64,000 bases of DNA. Source: Arachnia sp. Lineage in GTDB: Bacteria > Actinomycetota > Actinomycetes > Propionibacteriales > Propionibacteriaceae. The position numbers were made by a program, and so were the translations under genes. This document shows positions 19,515-29,653 of this stretch, piece by piece. How positions within the stretch are numbered: the first letter of the stretch is position 1; the number at the start of each line of letters is the position of its first letter. The stretch covers positions 154 through 64,153 of the forward strand of contig JBHAEB010000073.1 in NCBI GenBank assembly GCA_041855345.1, given 5' to 3'. The notes beneath the pieces are model-generated. The model ran no database searches and was not told where the DNA came from. It saw only the letters and a list, made by a program, of their open reading frames with translations.

Positions 19515-20172
19515 CTATCGTCGCCACCCCGAAGAGCAGGCCCAGCCACCGGTTCAGATCCAGCACCAGGGCTTGTGCACCCATCAACACAGCAAAACCC
19601 GTCAATCCCGCCACTAGCAGCGCCCCGATACCGAGCTGCCGACCCAGGTGATTGGTGCGCAACAGTAAGCCGCCACCGGTCGCGAAGAGGATCGGGGAGG
19701 CAACTGGGAAGATCGCACCTAACAGGAAAGCGACCCCAGCGATGACCATGAGGTTGCGTTGCACTGGTGTCAATTCCGGAGGCGGGGTGGGCCCGTAGGG
19801 AAGTCGATCAGCAGCATTGGGTGGTGGCATCGTCGCCCACGCTGGGGTAGCGGCGGGTTCGATATGGGAGGAGGCGACAGCAAAGGGCATGTGGGGGTTG
19901 CGGGGCAGATAGGCAGGAGAGGCCATCATCAAAGCGCTATGAACCTCGAACGGGGTCTGCGGGTGACGAGACGGGGCGATATTGGCTCCTACAGCGGTCA
20001 ATGGCAGCTGATCTGGCATCGGCTGGTAGCCAACTGGCGGGGGAATAGCCCCTGGCGTGATGGTTGCCTTCGGAGCCGCCACTGACAGTGGATCTACCTG
20101 CGGAGAGGCAAAGCCATAGGGCCGCTCGATGGGGGCATAGGCCGCCCCGTCCTTCCACGTCGCCATGGGCAT
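19489..20172 (-). CDS. Proline-rich membrane protein
   Basis: ATWKDGAAYAP N-terminus, Pro-rich linker, C-terminal TM helices. Confidence 0.75.
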   Translation of the reverse strand: MPMATWKDGAAYAPIERPYGFASPQVDPLSVAAPKATITPGAIPPPVGYQPMPDQLPLTAVGANIAPSRHPQTPFEVHSALMMASPAYLPRNPHMPFAVASSHIEPAATPAWATMPPPNAADRLPYGPTPPPELTPVQRNLMVIAGVAFLLGAIFPVASPILFATGGGLLLRTNHLGRQLGIGALLVAGLTGFAVLMGAQALVLDLNRWLGLLFGVATIATGMAHRR

Positions 20173-20331
20173 CGAGTCTACTCATCCCTCAGCGCAGCGG
20201 TGGTGTGCATCTGGAGTGAGCAATCGATCACCCGAAAGCTGCTCAAGATGATCCCCAGAATGACCGCGCGTAGGCTCTGATCTGAGCCAAAAATGAGCAG
20301 GGTGCCGGCTCAGCGATGAAGGAGTCCGAGG

Positions 20332-21099
20332 ATGGAAGTTGTCATCTGTTCCGACGAAGCTCAGGTGGGGCGCGTCGCAGCAGACCGCATGGCTGCGTGG
20401 CTTGAAGGCCTGGTCACACCGGTAATTGGCCTAGCCACCGGAAGCTCCCCGCTGGCGCTCTACGAGGAATTGGCACGCCGATCCGATGCCGGCCAGATGG
20501 ATTTCACCCACGCCATGGGATTCGCCCTCGATGAGTATGTGGGCATCGATCCTGAGCATCCACTGAGCTATAAGCAAACAATTGCGCGCACTGTTCAGGT
20601 GCCATTGCGCATGTCGCCGGCTCGGGTCAGGGTTCCTGATGGCTCGGCACAGGATCTTCATGCCGCAGCCACCGCCTATGACCAGGCCATTCAGGCTGCC
20701 GGTGGCGTCGACGTGCAGGTGCTAGGTATCGGATCGAATGGTCACATCGGTTTCAATGAACCGACATCGGCGTTCAATTCGCGCACCCGGGTCAAGACCC
20801 TGACCGAACAGACCCGACAGGACAATGCTCGGTTCTTCGCCGAAGGTGAAGAAGTGCCCACCCACTGCGTCACCCAAGGGCTCGGCACCATCATGGATGC
20901 CCGCCATATCGTCATGGTGGCAACCGGTGCTCACAAGGCCGACGCCGTCGCCGCGATGATCGAAGGTCCCGTCGCTGCGATCTGCCCGGCCTCGATCCTG
21001 CAATTCCATCCCAGCACCCTGGTGGTGATCGATGAAGCAGCGGCTGGGAAGCTGCGCTTGGCTGACTACTTCCGCTATATCGCCGACAACCGGATCTGA
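20332..21099 (+). CDS. nagB: Glucosamine-6-phosphate deaminase
   Basis: GLATGSSP, LDEYVG, LGIGSNGHIGFNEP, TQGLGTI. Confidence 0.97.
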   Translation: MEVVICSDEAQVGRVAADRMAAWLEGLVTPVIGLATGSSPLALYEELARRSDAGQMDFTHAMGFALDEYVGIDPEHPLSYKQTIARTVQVPLRMSPARVRVPDGSAQDLHAAATAYDQAIQAAGGVDVQVLGIGSNGHIGFNEPTSAFNSRTRVKTLTEQTRQDNARFFAEGEEVPTHCVTQGLGTIMDARHIVMVATGAHKADAVAAMIEGPVAAICPASILQFHPSTLVVIDEAAAGKLRLADYFRYIADNRI

Positions 21100-21214
21100 C
21101 CCTGTCCCAGCCACCGGTCGGCCGCACACGAGATCCGTACCGACGGGCGTTTTTCGGTTGTGAATTGCGGCAAGATAGAGTTGCCTGCCAACTATCGAAC
21201 AAGGAGTCCGCGCC

Positions 21215-21598
21215 ATGCCCACGGGAAAGGTCCGTTTCTTCGACGCCGAAAAGGGCTTTGGGTTCATCACCCAGGACGGCGGCGGGGAGGTCTATGTCCG
21301 CGCCAATGTGCTGCCAGAGGGAGTGACCAGCCTGCGCGTCGGCCAGAAGGTGGAGTTCGGGGTGATGGAAGGACGACGGGGGAAACAAGCCCTGTCGGTG
21401 AGGCTCGTTGATGTGCCCAAATCCTTGTCCAAGGCCTCCCGAAAGAAGCCCCAAGACATGGCGGTCATCGTCGAAGACCTGATCAAGATGCTCGATTCCC
21501 TCGGCAATGGCTACCGCCACGGCCGCTACCCGGATAGCAAACACGGCACCAAGATCGCAGCCGTGCTGCGTCGTGTGGCCGACGAGCTGGAGCTGTGA
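21215..21598 (+). CDS. Cold-shock domain protein with actinobacterial C-terminal extension
   Basis: MPTGKVRFFDAEKGFGFI; C-terminal VLRRVADEL. Confidence 0.93.
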   Translation: MPTGKVRFFDAEKGFGFITQDGGGEVYVRANVLPEGVTSLRVGQKVEFGVMEGRRGKQALSVRLVDVPKSLSKASRKKPQDMAVIVEDLIKMLDSLGNGYRHGRYPDSKHGTKIAAVLRRVADELEL

Positions 21599-22365
21599 TG
21601 GTCACGATCAAATTAGATCCGATAGCCGCATCCTCGGTGGACTTGGCCCGACGAGCGGCCCAGGAGACGGGTGGTGAGGCCGCCGTCGGTGAACCCTGCG
21701 GGGTAGTGGCAGAGGCCGAGCGGGTGGTCACCCACTGCTTTGAATGTCTGCTGGCTGGATACCGCGACTGGTACTGGGCTGTCACCGTGGTGCGAGCCTC
21801 CCGGGCCCGGGCAGCCACCGTCAACGAGGTGGTGCTGCTGCCCAAGCCAGAGGCGTTGCTAGCGCCAGCCTGGGTGCCCTGGGAAAGACGAATCCAAGCC
21901 GGTGATATCGGCCCTGGTTTGCTGATGGCCACCCCCGACAACGATCCACGGCTGGAACCCGGGTTTGCTGCCACCGATCTGCCTGCAGATGCCGATCCCG
22001 CGGAGTGGACCCAGCTGCGCACCACCGTCGCGGAACTAGGTCTGGGCCGGGAGCGGGTGCTGTCATCGGCAGGACGGGATATGGCAGTGGAGCGTTGGCT
22101 CGCTGGCCCCCCTGGATCCTCAGATGAGGCCAGCCAACAGGCCCCCGCCCCCTGCGTGTCCTGTGGCTATTTCGTGCCGCTGCGAGGGTCTTTGGGAACC
22201 CTGTTTGGTGCTTGTGCCAACGAATATTCCCCCTCCGATGGTCGAGTCGTCAGCCTTGAGCACGGCTGTGGCGGTCACTCTGATGTGGTGGCGGGGGAGC
22301 GGGCCCGGGAACTCCCCGAACCGGTATTCGACACCATCAGTATCGACGACAGCATCTTCGACTGA
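21595..22365 (+). CDS. DUF3027 domain protein
   Basis: GYRDWYWAVTV, LLAPAWVPW, DDPRL-like DNDPRLEPG, CVSCG, CANEY, HGCGGHS; usual neighbour of the csp gene. Confidence 0.88.
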   Translation: MMVTIKLDPIAASSVDLARRAAQETGGEAAVGEPCGVVAEAERVVTHCFECLLAGYRDWYWAVTVVRASRARAATVNEVVLLPKPEALLAPAWVPWERRIQAGDIGPGLLMATPDNDPRLEPGFAATDLPADADPAEWTQLRTTVAELGLGRERVLSSAGRDMAVERWLAGPPGSSDEASQQAPAPCVSCGYFVPLRGSLGTLFGACANEYSPSDGRVVSLEHGCGGHSDVVAGERARELPEPVFDTISIDDSIFD

Positions 22366-22518
22366 GCTGACGCACTCAGCTAACTGTTGGATTTCATGAC
22401 CCCGCCGATACCCATGGTGGGGGTATCGGCGTCTGGATTCGAGAAACTGAGCATCCTTCGGGACCCCGATACCCATGTTGGGGGTACCGGTGCCAAGCTG
22501 ACGCATTCAGCCAACTGT
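22365..22518. repeat. REP/BIME-like mosaic of direct repeats and hairpins
   Basis: AGCTGACGCAYTCAGCYAACTGT at 22365 and 22496 enclose two similar CCGATACCCA...GGGGGTAYCGG hairpins (22404-22430, 22466-22490). Confidence 0.75.
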
Positions 22519-22623
22519 AGGTTTTTCTGACTCGGCAGGATCTGTCGCCCAGCGGTGTCTCATACGGCTTGCTCCGGGTTAAGTCATTGCGGCAACGCGG
22601 TACTAGACTCCCGCTACGTGGTC

Positions 22624-24141
22624 ATGAAATCCCCCAAAGCAGTAAAGCGCCCCCAAGGCCCTGACACCACTAGTTCCTGGCTGGAACGCCACTTCGAGAT
22701 CACCAAACGCGGCTCCTCTGTATCCCGAGAGCTACGTGGCGGCCTGGTCACCTTCTTCGCGATGGCCTACATCGTCATCCTCAACCCGCTGATCATTGGT
22801 CTCGCGCCCGATGTCAACGGCAATCTCATCTCTGGCGCCCCAGCCGATGCTGAGGGTGCTGCAGCCGCGTCGCTGGCCATGGTCGGCGCCGCAACCGCGC
22901 TCGTCGCAGGTCTCCTCACCATCCTGATGGGGGTCATTGGTCGCTTCCCGATGGCCTTGGCTGCAGGTCTGGGGTTGAACGCGCTGGTCGCCTACTCCCT
23001 GGCCAGCCAAATGACCTGGCCACAGGCCATGGGCCTTGTGGTGTGGGAGGGCATCATCATCACCATCTTGGTGCTGACCGGTTTCCGCACCGCGGTGTTC
23101 AAGGCCGTGCCAAAGACACTGCGCACCGCCATCAGCGTTGGCATCGGCCTATTCATCGCCTTTATCGGTCTGGTCAACGCCGGATTCGTGCGGCGTGGCG
23201 TCGGCACCCCAGTACAGCTCGGCGCTGATGGCACATTAAACGGTTGGCCGGTGTTGGTTTTCGTCATCGGCCTAGCCCTGCTGATCGCCCTGCATGTGCT
23301 GAAGGTCAAGGGCTCGATGCTCATCGCCATCCTTGCCACGACGGTGCTCGCTGTCATCATCCAGGCCTTCACCAAGCTATCTACCCAGGGCTCCCCAGTT
23401 GATCCAAACCCGCTGGGCTGGTCCCTCAATGCCCCCGAACTCGGTGCTTTCAGCTGGCCGGATCTTTCGCTGCTGTTTCGCGTCGATATGTTCGGTGCTT
23501 TCTTCCCCAACGGCAGCTTCTCGCTGGTGAATTTCATGGCCGTGCTGCTGCTGGTGTTCTCCCTGCTACTAGCTGACTTCTTCGACACCATGGGAACCAT
23601 GGTCGCCGTCGGCTCCGAGGGCGGCCTGCTCGACGAGGACGGCATGCCGCCGCGCACCACCGAGATTCTGCTGGTCGACTCGATCGCAGCCGCCGCTGGT
23701 GGTCTTGGCTCTGTCTCGTCAAACACCTCCTATCTCGAGTCAACCGCGGGTGTCGGCGACGGGGCTCGTACCGGTTTGGCCTCGGTGTTTACCGGCATCA
23801 CCTTCTTGGTAGCGATGTTCCTGTCGCCGCTGGTGACCCTAGTCCCCTTCGAGGCCGCCTCACCGGTATTGGTCTTCGTTGGTTTCCTGATGATCTCCCA
23901 AGTCGTCGACGTCGACTGGACCGACCCGGAGGTGGGCATCCCGGCCTTCCTGACGATCATCCTGATGCCCTTCGCCTACTCGATCACCGTCGGTATCGGC
24001 GTGGGCTTCATCGCACACGTCGTGATCAAACTGATCAAGGGCCACGCCCGCCGCATTCACCCACTGATGTACCTGGTCGCTGCGATGTTCATCATCTACT
24101 TCGTGCATGGCTCGGTGCTTGCCTTCCTCCGCGGCGCCTAG
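22624..24141 (+). CDS. NCS2 (AzgA/PbuG-like) purine permease
   Basis: ELRGGLVTFFAMAYIVILNP, GLGLNA, DFFDTMGT, YLESTAGV, GARTGLAS. Confidence 0.93.
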   Translation: MKSPKAVKRPQGPDTTSSWLERHFEITKRGSSVSRELRGGLVTFFAMAYIVILNPLIIGLAPDVNGNLISGAPADAEGAAAASLAMVGAATALVAGLLTILMGVIGRFPMALAAGLGLNALVAYSLASQMTWPQAMGLVVWEGIIITILVLTGFRTAVFKAVPKTLRTAISVGIGLFIAFIGLVNAGFVRRGVGTPVQLGADGTLNGWPVLVFVIGLALLIALHVLKVKGSMLIAILATTVLAVIIQAFTKLSTQGSPVDPNPLGWSLNAPELGAFSWPDLSLLFRVDMFGAFFPNGSFSLVNFMAVLLLVFSLLLADFFDTMGTMVAVGSEGGLLDEDGMPPRTTEILLVDSIAAAAGGLGSVSSNTSYLESTAGVGDGARTGLASVFTGITFLVAMFLSPLVTLVPFEAASPVLVFVGFLMISQVVDVDWTDPEVGIPAFLTIILMPFAYSITVGIGVGFIAHVVIKLIKGHARRIHPLMYLVAAMFIIYFVHGSVLAFLRGA

Positions 24142-24154
24142 TGTCGCTCAGCTA

Positions 24155-24182
24155 GGGGAGTGGGCGCTTGACGCCCCTCCCC
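24155..24182 (+). terminator. GC hairpin after the permease gene (possible terminator)
   Basis: GGGGAGTGGGCG-cttga-CGCCCCTCCCC; no U-tract. Confidence 0.5.
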
Positions 24183-24205
24183 ACCAGGCAGTGACGGCCA
24201 GCAGC

Positions 24206-24319
24206 CCCCTTCATGCCGGCCTGAGGTGTCGCTAAACCTCGCCGAGCCCTCCGCGACGGCCCAGCAGGACTGCGGCCTCCCCTCCATACCGGCCCGACGC
24301 GTCGCTAACCCTCGCGGAG
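24206..24319. repeat. Imperfect 41-bp direct repeat pair
   Basis: Copies at 24206-24246 and 24279-24319. Confidence 0.7.
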
Positions 24320-24568
24320 ATCAACCGCGGATCACCCCGCTGGCCATAGTCGCGGCGCCAACTCTGAACCGGTGAGGCTGAGGCTATTCGGACATGGCGC
24401 CCTGGCTGTCTTCCCCAAGGGCGGATGGGAAGAGTCGATCCCCATCTGGTAGCTGCTTTTGTGGATCCGTCGCCTTGGCTGGGTTCCTCGACCCAGACCT
24501 CCCACGGTAACGGTCAATCTTGGCTGCAAAGTGTGGCCGTGTTGGCTCTCGGCACTAGGCTGTCGGGC

Positions 24569-27500
24569 ATGTTTACCAAGGTCCTGATCGCCAACCGTGG
24601 CGAGATCGCTGTTCGCGGCATCCGCGCCGCATATGAGTTGGGAGCTAAGACCGTTGCGGTCTTCCCCTACGAGGACCGCAACGCGGACCATCGTGTCAAA
24701 GCCCAAGAGTCCTACCTCATCGGTGAGGAGGGGCATCCCGTTCGCGCTTACCTCGATATCGACGAGATCATTCGAGTCGCGAAAGAAGCTGAAGCTGATG
24801 CGGTCTACCCCGGCTATGGCTTTCTCTCCGAAAACCCCGATCTCGCGGCAGCCTGCCAGGCCAATGGCATCACCTTCGTCGGCCCGAATGCCGACGTGCT
24901 GGAACTGGCAGGTAACAAGGTCAAAGCCTTGGAACAGGCCCGCAAGGTTGGGGTGCCGACGCTGAAGTCGACACCACCATCGACCAATGTCGAAGAGCTG
25001 ATCGCTGGGGCCAACGAGATCGGTTTCCCGGTGTTCATCAAGGCCGTCGCCGGTGGCGGTGGACGGGGCATGCGACGAGTCGATGACCCCGCTCGATTTG
25101 CCGACGAACTCGGGGCGGCCATGAGGGAAGCCCAAGGTGCCTTCGGCGATCCGACGGTCTTCGTCGAACAATCCATGGCGGCACCCCGGCATATTGAGGT
25201 GCAGATCCTGGCGGATAGCCAAGGCAATGTGGTCCATCTCTATGAGCGGGACTGCTCCATCCAGCGTCGCCATCAGAAGGTGGTGGAGATCGCCCCGGCA
25301 CCTCACATCACCCCCCAGCTTCGGGAAGCGTTGACCTCAGATGCGGTGAAATTCGCCAAGGCCATCAACTACACCTGCGCCGGTACTGTCGAGTTCCTCG
25401 TAGAAACCACAGGTCCGCGGGCAGGATCCCATGTCTTCATCGAAATGAACCCTCGGATTCAGGTGGAGCACACCGTCACCGAGGAAATCACCGATATCGA
25501 TCTGGTTCAGGCACAGTTGCGGATCGCGGCTGGGGAAAGCCTGGAAGAGATTGGGATTCGTCAACAAGAGATTCAGATTCGCGGCTGGGCGCTGCAATGC
25601 CGTATCACCACTGAGGATCCGGCCAATGGATTCCGCCCCGACACCGGTGTCATTCAGGCCTATCGGTCCGCTTCTGGGGGTGGCATTCGCCTCGACGGCG
25701 GTACCACCGGCACCGGCGTGGAGATCAGCCCCCACTTCGACTCTCTGCTGGTCAAACTCACCTCCCGGGGGCGGACTTTCCGCGACGCCATTGTGCGAGC
25801 TAAACGGGCATTGGCGGAGTTCCGGGTGCGGGGCCTGGCCACCAATATCCCGTTCCTGCGTGCGGTGCTGGATGATCCTGACTTCGATAAGGGGGGAGTG
25901 ACCACCTCCTTTATCGACGAGCGCCCCTATCTGCTGGCGGCGCGGGTTTCCGCGGATCGCGGCACCAAACTGGCGCGATTCCTCGCCGATGTCACCGTGA
26001 ATCAGCCCAATGGGCCAGCCCCCACCACGATGGAAGCCTCGGTGAAGCTCCCCAAGGGTAAACCCACCGACCCGATCCCCGATGGCGCCCGGCAGCGATT
26101 GCTGGCCCTCGGCCCGGCCGGGTTTGCCGCCGAGTTGCGTGCCCAGCAGGCGGTTGGGGTCACCGACACCACCTTTAGGGATGCCCACCAATCCTTGCTC
26201 GCCACCCGAGTACGTACCCGGGACCTGGTGGCGGTGGCGCCCTGGCAAGCCCGGCTGCTACCGGGATTGTTCTCCGTCGAATGCTGGGGTGGCGCAACCT
26301 ACGACGTCGCCCTGCGTTTCCTCGGCGAAGATCCGTGGGAGCGATTGGCGAAGCTGCGTGCGGCGATGCCGAACCAGAATCTGCAGATGCTGCTGCGGGG
26401 TCGCAATACCGTCGGATATACCCCCTATCCGACCACAGTGACCACAGCCTTCGTCGCCGAGGCTGCCGCCACCGGTATCGATGTGTTCCGGATCTTCGAC
26501 GCCTTGAATGATGTTGAGCAGATGCGTCCCGCTATTGACGCGGTGCTGACCGAAACCTCCTCCATCGCTGAGGTGGCATTGTGCTACACCGCGAACCTGC
26601 TTGATCCAGCTGAGTCGGTCTATACCTTGGATTACTATCTGCGGCTGGCTGAGCAGATCGTGGAGGCTGGTGCCCACATCCTGGCGATCAAGGACATGGC
26701 GGGTCTGCTGCGCCCGGCAGCAGCGGCCAAACTGGTGGCTGCGCTGCGGCAACGATTCGACCTGCCGGTGCATTTGCATACCCACGACACCACTGGTGGG
26801 CAGCTCGCCACCCTCATGGCCGCCATTGACGCCGGGGTAGATGCGGTCGATGTGGCCAACTCCGCAATGGCATCGACGACCTCACAACCGCCCATGTCGG
26901 CGCTGCTGATGGCCCTTGAGGGCACTGACCGCTGCCCCGATATCGATGCGGAGGCGGTGCTGAACCTGGAGCCCTATTGGGAGGCGGTCCGTAAGGTGTA
27001 TCAACCCTTCGAATCGGGGTTGCCTGCCCCCACCGGGCGGGTATATAGCCACGAGATTCCCGGCGGGCAGCTGTCGAATCTGCGACAGCAAGCAATCGCG
27101 TTGGGGCTTGGCAACAGATTCGAAGACATTGAGGAAATGTATGCCGCCGCAGACAAGATTCTGGGCCGCCCCACAAAGGTCACTCCCTCGTCGAAGGTGG
27201 TTGGTGATCTCGCCTTGCACCTGGTAGCGGTGGGCGCTGATCCTGAGGAATTTGCCGCCGATCCCAAGCGTTTCGATATCCCAGACTCGGTGATCGGTTT
27301 CCTCAATGGGGAACTAGGCACCCCGGCCGGCGGCTGGCCAGAACCGTTCCGCACCCAGGCACTGGAAGGTCGTCGCCAGCCACCACGGATTACCGAGGTA
27401 TCGCAGGAGGATCTTTCCGCCCTGGAAGTCCCTGGTGTGCAGCGGCAACAAACCCTGAACCGGCTGCTATTCCCCGGACCTACTCGAGAATTCGAGGAGC

Positions 27501-27967
27501 GACGGGCCGACTATGGCGATATTTCGGTGTTGCCGACGGTGCCTTATCTGTATGGGATGCAGCCAGGGGTGGAATATCCGGTCACCCTCGATAAGGGCGT
27601 GACCTTGCTGCTGGCTCTCGAGGCCATCGGTGCCCCCGATAATCGCGCCCAACGGACTGTCATGACCCTGCTGAATGGGCAACTTCGCCCGGTGCGGGTA
27701 AGGGACAATTCCCTCGATGATGATGTGGCCTCGGCTGAGAAGGCGGATCCGACCAATCCCGGTCATGTCGCAGCCCCATTCTCTGGTGCGGTGACAGTCA
27801 CCGTCGCCGAGGGGGATGTGGTGGCAGCTGGAGATCAAGTAGCCACCATCGAGGCGATGAAGATGGAGGCAGCGATCAACGCCCCCGTTGGCGGCACCGT
27901 CACCAGGGTCGTGCTCAACCACACCACCCGCCTCGAAGGCGGCGATCTGGTCGTCGTCATCAGCTAA
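24569..27967 (+). CDS. pyc: Pyruvate carboxylase
   Basis: ANRGEIA biotin carboxylase, RDAHQS carboxyltransferase, EAMKM biotinylation site; leaderless ATG after TAGGCT. Confidence 0.98.
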   Translation: MFTKVLIANRGEIAVRGIRAAYELGAKTVAVFPYEDRNADHRVKAQESYLIGEEGHPVRAYLDIDEIIRVAKEAEADAVYPGYGFLSENPDLAAACQANGITFVGPNADVLELAGNKVKALEQARKVGVPTLKSTPPSTNVEELIAGANEIGFPVFIKAVAGGGGRGMRRVDDPARFADELGAAMREAQGAFGDPTVFVEQSMAAPRHIEVQILADSQGNVVHLYERDCSIQRRHQKVVEIAPAPHITPQLREALTSDAVKFAKAINYTCAGTVEFLVETTGPRAGSHVFIEMNPRIQVEHTVTEEITDIDLVQAQLRIAAGESLEEIGIRQQEIQIRGWALQCRITTEDPANGFRPDTGVIQAYRSASGGGIRLDGGTTGTGVEISPHFDSLLVKLTSRGRTFRDAIVRAKRALAEFRVRGLATNIPFLRAVLDDPDFDKGGVTTSFIDERPYLLAARVSADRGTKLARFLADVTVNQPNGPAPTTMEASVKLPKGKPTDPIPDGARQRLLALGPAGFAAELRAQQAVGVTDTTFRDAHQSLLATRVRTRDLVAVAPWQARLLPGLFSVECWGGATYDVALRFLGEDPWERLAKLRAAMPNQNLQMLLRGRNTVGYTPYPTTVTTAFVAEAAATGIDVFRIFDALNDVEQMRPAIDAVLTETSSIAEVALCYTANLLDPAESVYTLDYYLRLAEQIVEAGAHILAIKDMAGLLRPAAAAKLVAALRQRFDLPVHLHTHDTTGGQLATLMAAIDAGVDAVDVANSAMASTTSQPPMSALLMALEGTDRCPDIDAEAVLNLEPYWEAVRKVYQPFESGLPAPTGRVYSHEIPGGQLSNLRQQAIALGLGNRFEDIEEMYAAADKILGRPTKVTPSSKVVGDLALHLVAVGADPEEFAADPKRFDIPDSVIGFLNGELGTPAGGWPEPFRTQALEGRRQPPRITEVSQEDLSALEVPGVQRQQTLNRLLFPGPTREFEERRADYGDISVLPTVPYLYGMQPGVEYPVTLDKGVTLLLALEAIGAPDNRAQRTVMTLLNGQLRPVRVRDNSLDDDVASAEKADPTNPGHVAAPFSGAVTVTVAEGDVVAAGDQVATIEAMKMEAAINAPVGGTVTRVVLNHTTRLEGGDLVVVIS

Positions 27968-28047
27968 CCCCAGTTGCCCGTCCTGGGCCATCCGGCCCAG
28001 GACCCCCTAACCCAACGCCCGCCCCTATCACCCGCCGCTATCGCCCG

Positions 28048-28113
28048 CCTGCTTTTCTGCGATTCATCTGCACGAAATGCCCCGAGAAACCCCATAAACC
28101 GCAAAAAAGCAGG
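28048..28113. repeat. 66-bp palindromic REP/MITE-like element, copy 1
   Basis: CCTGCTTTTCTGCGATTCA...AAACCGCAAAAAAGCAGG; same ends and length as 41431-41496. Confidence 0.8.
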
Positions 28114-28153
28114 GGCCCCGACAGATCGTCGAGGCCCCTGCGTATGTTGTGTA

Positions 28154-29542
28154 CTAGTCAGAAGACCAAGTGACCTTGAGTTCAGGGTCGGTCACATCGA
28201 TGTAGGCGTTGTCGAAGCTAAAGCCTTTGCCAAAACCCCAGACCTCGCAGCGACCGCTCTTACCGCTGGTTTCGGTGCAGTCTGCCTCGACATCGAAATC
28301 AGGCATGTCGTACTTGGAAACTTTTAGCGTCGTGGGCTTGTCGTACTCGGTGGTGGGGACCAGCGAATCCAGTTTGGCATTCTCAGTCTCAGTCAGGAGT
28401 CGGGTGACGGTGCCATCGGAAAGAGTGGTTCCATCAGACAAAGTGTCAGGCAGCGTGAGACCGCAACCAGCTGCCAGTGTGGTCTCATTGATGCAGGCCC
28501 GGGCTTCGGCAGCGACCTTCTCCCGGACGATCGCAATACCGGCATCACTGGGTTCGACTTTAACTGTGGCCGATTCGTAACTGTTACTGGATAGCAGCAC
28601 CAGCTCGGTGTCACCGGTGAATTTGAGGTACTGGTTGCTGGCGGCCAACGCATAGCTGCCGGGGAAAACAGGAATGCCATCATCAGGGAGGGTCACTTCC
28701 ACGCCATTAACCGTGAACGCCGTATTTTCAACGCCATGGACCCGCAACTCAGGTAGGGCTTGCTTGTCGATCTTCTTCGTGCTGGTGTCGATCGTCAGCG
28801 AATCTGAGGCTGGGTTTCCATTGATTTTGTAGGTTGCCTTGACTTGGACGGTGGATTCGTAATCGTGGTCTACGGTCACCACGACATCAGTGATCTTAGC
28901 CCGGGTAAGGGAATCCTTGAGGATATCGTCGGTCAACAAATCGGTGGGTTGCAGATTCGCAGTGTCGATCAAGGCCAGTGCGTCAGTAGCTCGTCCCTCG
29001 GAGAGCGCGGTGTAGTAATCCTGAGCAATCTGGGTAGCAGCGGTAGCTGCGTCTTCTGCTGAAGGTGAGGCCTCAGCCTCAGCGGAGTCTTTATTACGGA
29101 ATACGCCGGTTGCTAGCGCAACAATAAGCGCGATGATAACCACACCGACGACGGCGAGGGTAACGATTAGCCCGGTATTGGGTTTCTTGGGGGCACCAGG
29201 GGCGAATTGTTGAGGCATTCCTGCGCCCGGGGGCTGGGCATAGGGGGGAACCCCTGTTGGTGAGCCCTGCTGCGGCTGGCCCTGCGGCGGCATCGGGGCG
29301 CCTTGCTGGGGAAAGCCCTGCGAGGGTTGCTGTGGTTGGCCGGGCGGTACCGGTCCCTGCTGGGGGTAGCCCTGGGGTGGCTGTCCCTGTTGCGCTTGTT
29401 GTGGGTAGCCCTGGGGGGTAGTGGGTTGAGCCATGCCAGCTGGGGGTTGGTATCCAGGTGGCGCCATATCGGGTCCAGAGGGCTGGGCGGGCCCCTGTCC
29501 TTCAGGTGGTTGCGGGCTCTGTGGTTCCTGCGGCGTAGACAT
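28154..29542 (-). CDS. Membrane-anchored protein with Pro/Gln-rich cytoplasmic N-terminus
   Basis: PQQG-type low-complexity repeats, a single TM helix, and an acidic extracellular domain with Cys residues. Confidence 0.85.
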   Translation of the reverse strand: MSTPQEPQSPQPPEGQGPAQPSGPDMAPPGYQPPAGMAQPTTPQGYPQQAQQGQPPQGYPQQGPVPPGQPQQPSQGFPQQGAPMPPQGQPQQGSPTGVPPYAQPPGAGMPQQFAPGAPKKPNTGLIVTLAVVGVVIIALIVALATGVFRNKDSAEAEASPSAEDAATAATQIAQDYYTALSEGRATDALALIDTANLQPTDLLTDDILKDSLTRAKITDVVVTVDHDYESTVQVKATYKINGNPASDSLTIDTSTKKIDKQALPELRVHGVENTAFTVNGVEVTLPDDGIPVFPGSYALAASNQYLKFTGDTELVLLSSNSYESATVKVEPSDAGIAIVREKVAAEARACINETTLAAGCGLTLPDTLSDGTTLSDGTVTRLLTETENAKLDSLVPTTEYDKPTTLKVSKYDMPDFDVEADCTETSGKSGRCEVWGFGKGFSFDNAYIDVTDPELKVTWSSD

Positions 29543-29653
29543 TCTTCTCCTCCTGGGCCACCATGCTAGAGCCTCGATGGGTTCATTGGGCTAATCGGAA
29601 GGGACTAATTTCCTCGGTGGGTTGATTGACCCGTATGTTTCACGACAGGGCCA

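Noticed and set aside
22380-22620. Purine riboswitch before the NCS2 permease
   Set aside because: No purine aptamer consensus; the structure is explained by repeats.
29200-29542. Repetitive DNA at the 5' end of the 462-aa gene
   Set aside because: Ordinary coding Pro/Gln/Gly low complexity.
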